The notes under the pieces are model-generated. The model was not told the DNA's origin. It saw only the letters and a program-made list of their open reading frames with translations, and did not search any database. 64,000 nt of DNA from an uncultured Bdellovibrionales bacterium. Its GTDB lineage: Bacteria; Myxococcota; XYA12-FULL-58-9; CAYXVF01. Positions 24,863 to 33,772 of this stretch are shown here, piece by piece. The first letter of the stretch is position 1. Each line of letters opens with the position of its first letter. The stretch covers positions 1,975-65,974 of the forward strand of contig CAYXVF010000019.1 in assembly GCA_964468125.1 (NCBI GenBank), written 5' to 3'. The position numbers and the translations under genes were made by a program.

Positions 24863-27352
24863 ATGACCAGCGCCCTTTTCTTCTTCATCGCTTCGGCTGC
24901 GACCTGCTCCCTTCTCGAACCGGTCCCGAGCCCCCCCGCTCCGAACGCCGAGCGCTACTTCACCCCCAGTGGCGTCTACACGCTGGTACCGGACCCTGAG
25001 ACGGTGGTTTTTCGCGCCGAGCGCGGCGCGAATCTCGCGGCGCTCGAGGCGGAGGTCCCCGGGCTCGAGACCCGTCGCCTCTACCACGCGGACCAGCGGA
25101 TCGTCGTCTCCCGGGGCGACCGCACCGCTCTCGAGCGTGCCCTCGGGCGACCCGAATGGACGCGCCTGGCCGCCTTTCGGCTCGCGGAGACCGGCGCGCT
25201 CCTGGTTTCCGACGGTTGGATCCGGCTGCGTTTGCATCCGCTCGCCGACGAAGCGTCGGTCGATGCCGCAGCGCGTGCCCTAGGCGCGGAACGACTCGAA
25301 GTCTTCGACCGACTTCGCCGTCGCGCACGTTTTCGCGTCGAGCCGTCCGAGGCGCCGCGCGTCGCCGAAGCGCTGCATCTGCGGAAGGACATCGCCTACG
25401 CGCACCCAGATTTCATCTACCGGGTAGAGCAGCGCTTTGCTCCGAACGATCCGCTCTATCCGCAGCAATGGCATCACGCGCTCGTCCTCGCGGAGCCTGC
25501 GTGGGATCTCGAGCGCGGCGATCCTTCGGTTCGGATCGCAGTGATCGACTCCGGTGTCGATACGTCGCACCCCGATTTGGCTGCCAAACTGGTCGCGCCC
25601 CGTGACACTGAGAATCAGGACAACGACCCGTCCCCGGAGCCCGACGAGGCACACGGTACGGCCTGCGCGGGGATTGCTGCGGCGACGTCGAACAACGACC
25701 TCGGAGTCACTGGTATGTGCCAGCTGTGTTCGCTCATTCCGATCCGGCTCTTCCCCGGCAGTGGATTCACGCGGGCCGGAGCGGACAGTGATGCGATGTA
25801 CTGGGCCGGTGACAACGGAGCCAGTGTCATCAGCAACAGCTGGGGCCCCGCCGAATCGGCGCCGATCCCCTTCAATCTCGACGCTGCGATCACCGACGTC
25901 GCAAACGGCGGGCGCGGAGGGCTCGGGACTCTCATTCTCTTTGCGGCGGGCAACTCGGCGGAAGAGAACCAGAGCTTCGAGCTCGAAAGCCATCCGTTGG
26001 TACTCGCCATCGGGGCCACGGGTCTCGCCGACGCGCGCGAGAGCTACTCGAACTTTGGACCGGACCTGGATCTGATGGCGCCGGCGGCAGCGGTGACGAC
26101 GGACAACCAGGGGCCAAACGGTTACGTGGGCGGCGACTACATAGTGGCCTTTGGCGGGACGAGTGCGGCGACACCGGTCGTGGCGGGAGTCGCGGGACTG
26201 CTCCTCGCGGCGGATCCAACCCTCACGCGCGGTCAGCTCACGAGTGTGCTCTTGACGACCGCGGACCCCGTAGGCGGCGAGCCTTACGTGGACGGAAGGA
26301 ACGACTTCTATGGCTACGGTCGGGTGAACGCTGCGCGGTCGCTCGAGCTCGTGGTGACGGGATCCGTATGCTCGCCGGTGGCAGAGGAGTGCGGGAACGG
26401 CGTCGACGACGACTGCGATTTCTTGGTCGATGGAGACGACCCCAGCTGCGCGCCGAGCACGGGCGAGCTCTGCGGGGGCCCCGGAGGTGAGTGCCAGGCG
26501 GGCAACGTGTGTCTGCCCGAGGACGCGGCGGGGACCGTCTATCGTTGTTTTGCGACCTGTACCGACGGCGCGGAGTGCGGAGCGGACCCGTGCGTGCCTG
26601 TCTCGTCGGATCTGTCGATTTGTCTCGAGGGGACGGAGGTCGCCTGTCCTACCTGCGGCTCCCTCCAGTGCGACAGTCGCTCGCTCTGCGTGACCTACTC
26701 GGAGCTGTCGCTGTCGCTCTGCACCCCGTCCTGCACGAGCTCCGATGAGTGTCCCGTGGGCTTTTTCTGCTCGCCGATCGGCGGAGGTGAAAGCGCGTGC
26801 GCGCCCCTGAGCTTCTCCTGCAGCGCTTTTGGCCCAGGCGCGGGTTCCCCCTGCGGAACGCTCGACAGCTGTGCCCTCGGAAACGTCTGCCTGAATGACG
26901 GGCTCTGCTATCGCTCTTGCGCGACGGATGCTGATTGTCCGGACGAAGAGAGCTGCGAGGACAGCTCGACGGCGGGCCTGCGCTACTGTGATTGTGCCTG
27001 TGACGCCAGCGACGGCTGCGATCAGGGCTGCGCCTGCGACCGGGAGTGCGCCGGCAGCTGCCAATGCGATGAGAGCGACAGCTGCGACCCAGGTTGCCCC
27101 TGCGACCGAGACTGCGGGTGCGCGTGCGACGCCACTCCCACCTGCGACGACGGTTGTACCTGCGATCCCGGCTGTGCCGGGGCGGGCGCGTGCGCCTGCG
27201 ACGCGACCTCGAGCTGCGACCCGGACTGTCCATGCGACTTCGACTGCGGCGAAAGCGGCGGTGGATCGTGCGAGGCGGTGTCCCCCGTGTGGTGGGGGGC
27301 CTTGCTGCTCCTGTGCCTCGCGAGGCGCCGTCGACGCGCGCCTACGCCTTGA
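24863..27352 (+). CDS. Subtilisin-like S8 serine peptidase with Cys-rich domains, a Cys/Asp tandem repeat and a MYXO-CTERM-like sorting tail
   Basis: The catalytic triad motifs are AVIDSGVDTSHPDL, HGTACAGIAAA and GGTSAATPVVAGVAGL. A MopE-like motif CGNGVDDDCDFLVDGDD is present. The C-terminus GGGSCEAVSPVWWGALLLLCLARRRRR has the Cys + hydrophobic + Arg-cluster pattern. Confidence 0.9.
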   Translation: MTSALFFFIASAATCSLLEPVPSPPAPNAERYFTPSGVYTLVPDPETVVFRAERGANLAALEAEVPGLETRRLYHADQRIVVSRGDRTALERALGRPEWTRLAAFRLAETGALLVSDGWIRLRLHPLADEASVDAAARALGAERLEVFDRLRRRARFRVEPSEAPRVAEALHLRKDIAYAHPDFIYRVEQRFAPNDPLYPQQWHHALVLAEPAWDLERGDPSVRIAVIDSGVDTSHPDLAAKLVAPRDTENQDNDPSPEPDEAHGTACAGIAAATSNNDLGVTGMCQLCSLIPIRLFPGSGFTRAGADSDAMYWAGDNGASVISNSWGPAESAPIPFNLDAAITDVANGGRGGLGTLILFAAGNSAEENQSFELESHPLVLAIGATGLADARESYSNFGPDLDLMAPAAAVTTDNQGPNGYVGGDYIVAFGGTSAATPVVAGVAGLLLAADPTLTRGQLTSVLLTTADPVGGEPYVDGRNDFYGYGRVNAARSLELVVTGSVCSPVAEECGNGVDDDCDFLVDGDDPSCAPSTGELCGGPGGECQAGNVCLPEDAAGTVYRCFATCTDGAECGADPCVPVSSDLSICLEGTEVACPTCGSLQCDSRSLCVTYSELSLSLCTPSCTSSDECPVGFFCSPIGGGESACAPLSFSCSAFGPGAGSPCGTLDSCALGNVCLNDGLCYRSCATDADCPDEESCEDSSTAGLRYCDCACDASDGCDQGCACDRECAGSCQCDESDSCDPGCPCDRDCGCACDATPTCDDGCTCDPGCAGAGACACDATSSCDPDCPCDFDCGESGGGSCEAVSPVWWGALLLLCLARRRRRAPTP
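26987..27250 (+). repeat. Four tandem ~20-aa Cys/Asp-rich units (C.CD....CD..C.CD..C) inside the S8 peptidase
   Basis: The units are CDCACDASDGCDQGCACDRECAGS, CQCDESDSCDPGCPCDRDCG, CACDATPTCDDGCTCDPGCAGAGA and CACDATSSCDPDCPCDFDCGES. The periodicity is also visible at DNA level as recurring tgcgac/tgcgat codon pairs. Confidence 0.9.
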
Positions 27353-27854
27353 AGACGATGAAGCGCGACAGATCGATGCCGAATTTTTTCTGCGCCTGGT
27401 CGAGGTAGTCGTTGTGCTCTTCGATGCGCTTGCGCAGGTGCGCCCAAAAAATGTCGACGAAAGTCGCCGCCGCCCGGTGGGCAGTGGATTCGGTTTGCTC
27501 GAGAGCCTGGTTGAACTTGCGGACCGCGTCCTCGGTCTTGAGATCCGAGTACTCCTCGGCCAGCAGGCGTCGAATCACGGACGGAAACAGCAAGATGGCG
27601 CTGAGGACGTCGCTGACCTCGAATTTCTTCGCCGCATGAACCCGAGACATGTAGCGGAACACCTTGTCCAGAGCATCGGTTTGGCCGGTGACGAGCAGAT
27701 CGATGTAACCGTCTAGAATGTGCTCGAGCATCTGCTTGAGCTCGGAACGTGGCAGTTTGCTGTAGGCGGGGATCTCTCGCGGAATCTTGCCCAGCAGCAA
27801 GTTGACGATCTGGGCGTTGTAGTCCTCGAGGAAATTGAACAGCTGGATATTCAC
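27342..27854 (-). CDS. Hypothetical all-helical cytoplasmic protein (170 aa)
   Basis: The in-frame GTG at 27854 is preceded by an AGAGGTGGGG RBS-like stretch. The longer track ORF would run into the lysC gene. I recognise no confident family; any sensor-globin-like resemblance is only vague. Confidence 0.5.
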   Translation of the reverse strand: MNIQLFNFLEDYNAQIVNLLLGKIPREIPAYSKLPRSELKQMLEHILDGYIDLLVTGQTDALDKVFRYMSRVHAAKKFEVSDVLSAILLFPSVIRRLLAEEYSDLKTEDAVRKFNQALEQTESTAHRAAATFVDIFWAHLRKRIEEHNDYLDQAQKKFGIDLSRFIVFKA

Positions 27855-27932
27855 CCCACCTCTATCGCCCGTTCGAGCGCAGAGGCGCAAGCGCTTGCGG
27901 CGTTCGTTCGTTTGTGACAGTCCACCGCACGA

Positions 27933-29366
27933 ATGGCGCTGATCGTCCAGAAATTCGGCGGCAGCTCGGTGGGCTCGATCGAAAAGATCGAGCATGTCGC
28001 CGATCGCGTCGCGGCCCGAGCGCAAAGCGGGGACCGGCTCGTGGTGGTAGTCTCAGCGATGCGTGGAGAGACCGACAGGCTCTACGAGCTCGCTCACCAG
28101 ATCACCCGCGAACCCGCGCTCCGCGAGGTCGATGCCCTCATGTCCACCGGGGAGCAGGTGTCGGCTGCGCTGCTCGCGATCGCCCTCCGCGCACGAGGGG
28201 TCCCGGCGCGGTCGATGAGCGGCGCGCAAATGGGCCTGCAGACCGACGGGGTCTTCTCCCGTGCGCGCATCCGCAGCATGGACCGCTCGAAAGTCGACGC
28301 TGCGCTCCGTGAAGGAGAGGTGGTCGTGGCGACTGGGTTTCAGGGCATCGATCGCTACGGCAACGTCACGACCTTGGGTCGCGGGGGCTCGGACACGTCG
28401 GCGGTCGCCATGGCGGCGGCGCTGCAGGCGGACGAGTGCGAAATCTACACAGACGTGCTCGGGGTCTACACCGCGGACCCCCGGATCTGCCCCGAAGCGG
28501 CCAAACTGGACGTGATCGCCTTCGAGGAGATGATGGAGATGGCGTCTCAAGGCTCGAAGGTGTTGCAGATCCGCTCCGTCGAGCTCGCCATGAATCATCG
28601 TGTGCCACTCAGAGTTCGATCGACCTTTTCTGATGACCCGGGGACCCTCGTGACCGAAGAATCCGACCACATCGAGCGTCTCGTCGTCCGCGGCGTTTCG
28701 CACAACAGCAACGAGATCAAAGTGACGATTCGCGCCGTGCCTGACACACCGGGCGTCGCGTCCAAGCTCTTCAAGGCGATGGCAGAGGAAGCGGTCAATG
28801 TCGATGTGATCGTCCAGAACAAGTCGCTCGAAGGCATCACTGATCTCTCCTTCACCGTCGAGCGGACCGATCAGATGCGAACCGAGCGCATCGCTCTTCA
28901 ATTCAATAGCGACGTGTCTGGCGGCGGCGTCGAGGTCGACCCGCGGATCGCCAAGGTCTCGGTCGTGGGAGTGGGGATGCGCGCCCATCCAGGCGTAGCG
29001 GCGGCGACCTTCGATGCGCTTTCGGAAGCGGGCGTGAACATTCAGATGATCAGCACGAGCGAGATCAAGATCACCTGCGTCGTGGACGAATCAGAGGTCG
29101 AGCCCGCCGTGCGCGCGCTCCATCGCACCTTCGAGCTGCACCAGGGGGGAATCAGAGCGCGCTCCGGCCGCAAGAAGGCCGGCAAGAAGGTGACCCCGAA
29201 GAAGAGCGCCGCGAAGAAGAAGACCGCGAAAAAGAAGACCGCAAAGAAGAAGACCACCAAGAGCACCGCCACCCGCACGCAGGCGCGCGTCGGCAAAAAG
29301 ACGAAGCCGAGCGCCAGCAAACGCAAGACCGTGAAGCGGCCCGTGGGCTCGCGCAGGAGTCGATGA
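27933..29366 (+). CDS. lysC: Aspartate kinase with a ~70-aa Lys/Ala/Thr-rich C-terminal extension
   Basis: The N-terminus is MALIVQKFGGSSVGS, followed by a kinase core and two ACT-like regions (VSVVGVGMRAHPGVAA). The tail is RKKAGKKVTPKKSAAKKKTAKKKTAKKKTTK... Confidence 0.9.
   Translation: MALIVQKFGGSSVGSIEKIEHVADRVAARAQSGDRLVVVVSAMRGETDRLYELAHQITREPALREVDALMSTGEQVSAALLAIALRARGVPARSMSGAQMGLQTDGVFSRARIRSMDRSKVDAALREGEVVVATGFQGIDRYGNVTTLGRGGSDTSAVAMAAALQADECEIYTDVLGVYTADPRICPEAAKLDVIAFEEMMEMASQGSKVLQIRSVELAMNHRVPLRVRSTFSDDPGTLVTEESDHIERLVVRGVSHNSNEIKVTIRAVPDTPGVASKLFKAMAEEAVNVDVIVQNKSLEGITDLSFTVERTDQMRTERIALQFNSDVSGGGVEVDPRIAKVSVVGVGMRAHPGVAAATFDALSEAGVNIQMISTSEIKITCVVDESEVEPAVRALHRTFELHQGGIRARSGRKKAGKKVTPKKSAAKKKTAKKKTAKKKTTKSTATRTQARVGKKTKPSASKRKTVKRPVGSRRSR
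29145..29363 (+). repeat. Low-complexity Lys-rich coding tract (lysC tail) with an internal KKKTA x3 tandem
   Basis: The DNA shows aagaagaagaccgcgaaaaagaagaccgcaaagaagaagaccacc, and the translation shows KKKTAKKKTAKKKTT. Confidence 0.85.
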
Positions 29367-29860
29367 GGCCGTCCGTAGCGAGCGGAGCGATGCTCCTTTC
29401 GCTCCTTCTCCTGTTGGGGGCGGCGCTCTGGACCTTGGGCGAATCGGTGTCCCGCTCACCCGAAGAGGCGCCACAGAGCTGCTGCGAGATACCGATCGAA
29501 ATCGTCGAAGAGGGGCGAGTACGTGTGGGCTGCCGTGGTGAGCGGGAGCTCGCCGGCTGCGGTGCTCTCGAAGCAGGTGATCGCGTCGTGCTAGGTAAGG
29601 CGTGCAGGGTTGTTCCGGGCGGTATGTCCGCGGGCCTGCGGCTGCTCCAGGGATTGGGCCTCGACCTCAATCGGGCCAGTGCGTCGGACTTGGAGCTTCT
29701 GGATGGAATCGGTCCGACTCTCGCCCGAACGATCGTCGAGCACCGCGAGGCCTCGGGCGCCTTCGAATCCGTCGAGCAGCTCGTGGAGGTGAAAGGTATC
29801 GGCCCGGTCACGCTCGAGAAGCTGCGCCGCCATCTGTGGGTCCGTGGTCCCACGCCTTGA
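29363..29860 (+). CDS. comEA: ComEA-family helix-hairpin-helix DNA-binding protein (membrane-anchored)
   Basis: The ATG overlaps the lysC stop as ATGA (29363-29366). An N-terminal TM/signal MLLSLLLLLGAALW is present. The tandem HhH region is LNRASASDLELLDGIGPTLARTIVEHR....LVEVKGIGPVTLEKL. Confidence 0.7.
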   Translation: MRPSVASGAMLLSLLLLLGAALWTLGESVSRSPEEAPQSCCEIPIEIVEEGRVRVGCRGERELAGCGALEAGDRVVLGKACRVVPGGMSAGLRLLQGLGLDLNRASASDLELLDGIGPTLARTIVEHREASGAFESVEQLVEVKGIGPVTLEKLRRHLWVRGPTP

Positions 29861-29910
29861 CCGGCGATCATTGCGATGCCATCGAACGGGCTCGCGGAAG
29901 GAAGAAGCTG

Positions 29911-31026
29911 ATGAATCGCGAATGGGTGGTGGATGTCGTGGCGCGACTCCCCCAGGGAATGGTGTCGCGAGCCTGGGGATGGCTCGCGCGGCGTCGGCAC
30001 CCGCGGGCTGGGGTAGCGCTCCTGAAGCGCGGATTCGTTGCCGCGACCGGGATCGATCTGCGCGAAGCCGCTGAGCCGATCTCCTCCTATCGCACACTCG
30101 AAGACCTCTTCATTCGCCCCTTGAAGGCCGGTGCACGGCGGATCGACCCCGCGCCGGATGCGGTGGTCAGCCCGGTCGATGGCACCGTCGGCGCATCCGG
30201 CGTCGTTGAGCAGGGTACTGCACTTCAGCTCAAAAAGCGCCGCTACTCAGTGGCCAAGCTCTTTGGCAGTGCAGCGGAGGCGGAGCGTTTCGAGGGGGGA
30301 CACTTTCTCACGTTCTACCTCTCTCCGAAGGACTACCACCGCGTGCACGCGCCGCTCGCCGGACGGGTGCAGCGTGCGCGGGTGATCCCCGGCGCCCTGA
30401 TGCCCGTGTTTCACGAGTCCTTGGTCAAGGTCGACGAGCTCTTCGCTCGCAACGAGCGCCTGATCACCTTTCTCGAAGACGAGCGAGTAGGTCGCTTCGC
30501 GGTGGTGAAGGTGGGGGCGACCCTCGTCGGCCGCATTAGTGTCGCCTATGACGAGAGCCTGCGCAGCAACGACCCGTCGGTATCACATCTCGATCGTGAC
30601 TATCCCAACGAGCCGAAAGTCCAAAAAGGGGGTGAGCTCGGAGCGTTCGAGCTCGGTTCCACGGTCGTGCTCTTCTTCGAGAAGGGCGCTGTGAGGCTCG
30701 AGGGCCTCGAGCCCGGGCAGGCGATTCGTCTCGGTGAGCGGGTCGCAACGATTCGCAAGGCGACCCGAGCCGAGACGACCGCCCCCCAGACGGCATCGCA
30801 GTCGCCAAAGAAGAAGTCGCCGAAGAAGAAGGTGAGCAAGAAGAAGGAATCGAAGACCAAGGTCAGCAAAACGAAGAAATCCCCGACGACGACGAAGAAG
30901 TCGGCCACGGCGAAGGCGACGCGCGCGAAGAAGACGACCCGCAAGACGAGCACGAACGAGACGACGAAGAAGAAGACCGCGGAGCGCTCGAAGACGACGA
31001 GCCGTAGGACGAGCGACGACTCATGA
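29911..31026 (+). CDS. psd: Phosphatidylserine decarboxylase proenzyme with a ~90-aa Lys/Thr/Ser-rich C-terminal extension
   Basis: Motifs are SPVDG, FYLSPKDYHRVHAP and the self-cleavage motif ELGSTVV (Gly-Ser at 30655-30660). The tail is SPKKKSPKKKVSKKKESKTKVSKTKKSPTTTKK... Confidence 0.85.
   Translation: MNREWVVDVVARLPQGMVSRAWGWLARRRHPRAGVALLKRGFVAATGIDLREAAEPISSYRTLEDLFIRPLKAGARRIDPAPDAVVSPVDGTVGASGVVEQGTALQLKKRRYSVAKLFGSAAEAERFEGGHFLTFYLSPKDYHRVHAPLAGRVQRARVIPGALMPVFHESLVKVDELFARNERLITFLEDERVGRFAVVKVGATLVGRISVAYDESLRSNDPSVSHLDRDYPNEPKVQKGGELGAFELGSTVVLFFEKGAVRLEGLEPGQAIRLGERVATIRKATRAETTAPQTASQSPKKKSPKKKVSKKKESKTKVSKTKKSPTTTKKSATAKATRAKKTTRKTSTNETTKKKTAERSKTTSRRTSDDS
30751..31023 (+). 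repeat. Low-complexity Lys/Thr/Ser-rich coding tract (psd tail)
   Basis: The DNA shows runs of aagaag/acgacg codons, and the translation is dominated by K, T, S and A. Confidence 0.85.
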
Positions 31027-31784
31027 GCGCTGGATTGATCCAGGCGTCGAGCCTCGCGGAGATCGCTGGAGTGGTCCACGGGTTCACCACGCGAGAAGGC
31101 GGGGTCTCGACGGGGCCCTATGAGAGCCTCAATCTCTGCACCTCCGCCGGGGACGCGCGGGAGGCGGTAAAGGAAAATCGCGGGCGTGTGCTCGCTGCGC
31201 TCGGTCGCCCGGAGGCCAGCTGGATATCCCTGCGCCAGGTCCACGGCGCGGATGTCGTGCAGGTCACGGCGCAAGCGGGCCGCACGATCGAGGCAGACGG
31301 GCTGTGGACGCGCGACCGGGCGGTGGTGGTTTCGGTGCTCGTCGCCGACTGTGTTCCGATCCTCCTCGCGGATCGCGACGCGACGGTGGTGGCCGCGGTC
31401 CACGCCGGTTGGCGCGGCACGGAAGCGCACATCGTGCGTGTCATGGTGAAGCGCCTGAAGGACGCGGGGGTCCCCCCGGAGCGTCTCGTGGCGGCGATTG
31501 GTCCCGCGATCTCGAAGGACAGCTTCGAGGTCGGGCCGGAGGTCGTAGAGGCGCTCGCCAAAGCGTTCCCAGAGGCCGGCGATGCGATTCGCACCGGCAA
31601 CGGCGACCGCTCGCACGTCGACCTCTGGGCGTTGAACGAGCTCGATCTGCGCGCCTCCGGTGTCGAAACGGTCGATGTGCTGCGCCTCGACACGATGACC
31701 CGCTCCGAGCTCTTCTCCCACCGGCGCGACGCCGGGGTCACCGGCCGGCAGGCGGGGGTGATCGGCTTCGCGCCGGTTTTTTGA
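31023..31784 (+). CDS. pgeF: Peptidoglycan editing factor PgeF / YfiH (DUF152, laccase-domain) family protein
   Basis: The ATG overlaps the psd stop as ATGA (31023-31026). Motifs are HGFTTREGGVS, QVHGADV, ADCVPILLAD and AVHAGWRGT. Confidence 0.8.
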   Translation: MSAGLIQASSLAEIAGVVHGFTTREGGVSTGPYESLNLCTSAGDAREAVKENRGRVLAALGRPEASWISLRQVHGADVVQVTAQAGRTIEADGLWTRDRAVVVSVLVADCVPILLADRDATVVAAVHAGWRGTEAHIVRVMVKRLKDAGVPPERLVAAIGPAISKDSFEVGPEVVEALAKAFPEAGDAIRTGNGDRSHVDLWALNELDLRASGVETVDVLRLDTMTRSELFSHRRDAGVTGRQAGVIGFAPVF

Positions 31785-31847
31785 CGGCGAGCCCCACGGA
31801 CGCGAGACTCCGTCGATGAGCCCGCTGGACCGGGCGACGGAAGCGTC

Positions 31848-32660
31848 ATGACCATCCCGCACTCGAGACGTCTGAGACTCCTCGCAGCGATCGCCCTCGT
31901 CGCTCTCGTCGGCTGTGCCGGAAGCGACGCACAGGTGATCGCCCTTCAGAAGTCCGTTCGCGCCCTCGAAGTGAGGCTCGCCCGCGCCGAGTCCTCGGAT
32001 CAAACGCTAAACGACAAGATCTTCGTCGTGACCGCACAGCTCGATGACTGCCGCGCGGCCATCGACGGTGCACAACCACAGGCGACGCCCAAGAGCGAGC
32101 CGACGCGGCTCGAGCCGGTCGTCTCGAGCGAGCTCGAGGCTCACGAGCCTTTCGACCCGACGCTCCCGAAGCATTTACAGCTGGTCGCCGCGGAGCAAGC
32201 GGAGCCGACGGTCCTCAAGATCCACGGGGATCCGGAGCAGCTCGCTCCCCTGGACGTCACCGACGTTCCGCCGCCGCCGACTCTCCCGGATCCCGCGGTT
32301 GCGCAGGCGCAGTTCGAGGCCGGCCTCGAGGCGTTTCGGCGGGGTGAGTTCTCGGTCGCTCGGACTACCTTCGAGCGTTTCGTGGACGAGCACCCTGTTC
32401 ACCGGCAAGCGGACAACGCGATGTACTGGATCGGTGAGTGCTCCTACGAGCTCGGTGACTACGCGGACGCGCTGACCGCTTTTCGACGGATCGTGAACGA
32501 GTATCCGAGCAGCCGAAAGCTGCCCGACGCGATGTTCAAAATCGGCACCGCCTACGAGCAACTACAGGACGGGCAGAATGCCCGCCGTGCATTCGAGCGA
32601 TTGGTGAAGCGCTATCCCAAGAGCGCCTATTCCGAGCTTGCGAGGGCAAGACTGCAATGA
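31848..32660 (+). CDS. ybgF: Tol-Pal system protein YbgF/CpoB-like TPR lipoprotein
   Basis: The lipobox is LVALVGC. An N-terminal coiled-coil is followed by C-terminal TPRs ([41 protein letters not shown]..). Confidence 0.6.
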   Translation: MTIPHSRRLRLLAAIALVALVGCAGSDAQVIALQKSVRALEVRLARAESSDQTLNDKIFVVTAQLDDCRAAIDGAQPQATPKSEPTRLEPVVSSELEAHEPFDPTLPKHLQLVAAEQAEPTVLKIHGDPEQLAPLDVTDVPPPPTLPDPAVAQAQFEAGLEAFRRGEFSVARTTFERFVDEHPVHRQADNAMYWIGECSYELGDYADALTAFRRIVNEYPSSRKLPDAMFKIGTAYEQLQDGQNARRAFERLVKRYPKSAYSELARARLQ

Positions 32661-33772
32661 GCCTGCGATTCATAGTTCGCGTCTGTCTTCTCACTGTGGC
32701 TCTCGTTCTCACGGTTGGGGCACTGAGTGGCGGTCCCGAGCCCGTCCGGGCTCAGCGAGCGAGCCTTGCGGGCCGCACTCCATTCAATCCGAAGGTCGAC
32801 GAATACACGGTTCAAAAAGGCGACACCCTTTGGACGATCTCCCAGAAGGTCGTCGGTAGCCCATGGGTGTGGCCCAAGGTCTGGTCCTTCAATCCGGAGA
32901 TCGCGAATCCCAACTGGATCTATCCCGGTGACGTCATCTACTTCTATGAGCGGGACCTGCGCTTCCCCTCGCTTTTTGATCAGCCCGCGAATCTCGCAAG
33001 CCGGGCAATTGAGCTCGAACCAGACGAAGTGGGTTCAGTTGAGGCGGAGTCAGCGCCGCCGGTGGAGATCGTAAAGCGCACCGTGCAACAACGCCCTAAG
33101 CGCGCCCGGCGCGCCTACAACATGTTCATTACCGCGAAGGAGCTGCAGGAAGCGGGCGTGCTCGTGAACGCGGCGGACGACGATATTCTCTTGAGCGACT
33201 ACGACACCGTTTTCCTGGAGTTCCCGAAAGACAAAGTGCCCCCGCAGGGGGCCGATTACATGATCTACAGGACCGTGCAGGAGGTCCGGCACCCCACGCG
33301 CGGCGGCCGCTTTGGCTACATCACGCAGGTCACTGGCTTCGCGAAGGTAAAGGGAGGCCGTGAAGACGGCCTCGCCACCGCCGAGATCTATGGGGCAGAG
33401 CTCGAGATCGACCGGGGCAACTACGTGACGGAGAAGATCGACATCGAAGAACCAGTGGTCGCCAAGAAAGCGGTGGCCCCCCTCGAAGGGGTGGTGGTGG
33501 CGGTGCACAGTGGCTGGGGCGTCATCGGAAGCGAAGAGCAATTCGCCTTCGTCGACCTCGGCACCGCCGCAGGAATCGAGCGTGGCAATGACCTCGTGGT
33601 CTTTCGGCGCAGTGACCCGCGGCGCGACCGTGGCCGCGGCGACGACTTGCCGCTTCGCCCGGTCGCGCGGGTGAGGGTCGTCGACGCGAAGGAAGAGGCG
33701 TCGACCGTGCTGATCCTCGACTCCCTGGAGGAGATCGAGATCGGCTACAAGGTACGAACCGTCACCCAGTAG
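32657..33772 (+). CDS. LysM peptidoglycan-binding domain protein
   Basis: The ATG overlaps the ybgF stop as ATGA (32657-32660). A signal peptide is present. The LysM motif is [47 protein letters not shown]. Confidence 0.65.
   Translation: MSLRFIVRVCLLTVALVLTVGALSGGPEPVRAQRASLAGRTPFNPKVDEYTVQKGDTLWTISQKVVGSPWVWPKVWSFNPEIANPNWIYPGDVIYFYERDLRFPSLFDQPANLASRAIELEPDEVGSVEAESAPPVEIVKRTVQQRPKRARRAYNMFITAKELQEAGVLVNAADDDILLSDYDTVFLEFPKDKVPPQGADYMIYRTVQEVRHPTRGGRFGYITQVTGFAKVKGGREDGLATAEIYGAELEIDRGNYVTEKIDIEEPVVAKKAVAPLEGVVVAVHSGWGVIGSEEQFAFVDLGTAAGIERGNDLVVFRRSDPRRDRGRGDDLPLRPVARVRVVDAKEEASTVLILDSLEEIEIGYKVRTVTQ

Noticed and set aside
25280-27064. The 594-aa minus-strand ORF and other long ORFs (25554..26075, 26895..27716, 26649..27233) overlapping the S8 peptidase gene.
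   Set aside because: The plus-strand frame from 24863 has the complete Asp/His/Ser subtilase triad. The alternative frames are Arg/Pro/Ala-rich, low-complexity shadows.
27855-27932. A lysine riboswitch (L-box) upstream of lysC.
   Set aside because: Only ~78 nt separate lysC from the divergent upstream gene, which is far shorter than an L-box aptamer plus expression platform. No conserved L-box features were recognised.
30600-32003. The 467-aa minus-strand ORF spanning the psd tail and pgeF.
   Set aside because: Its Phe/Val-rich stretch (FFFVVSFVLVLRVVFF) is simply the reverse complement of the Lys-rich AAG/AAA tract. psd and pgeF on the plus strand have clear family motifs.
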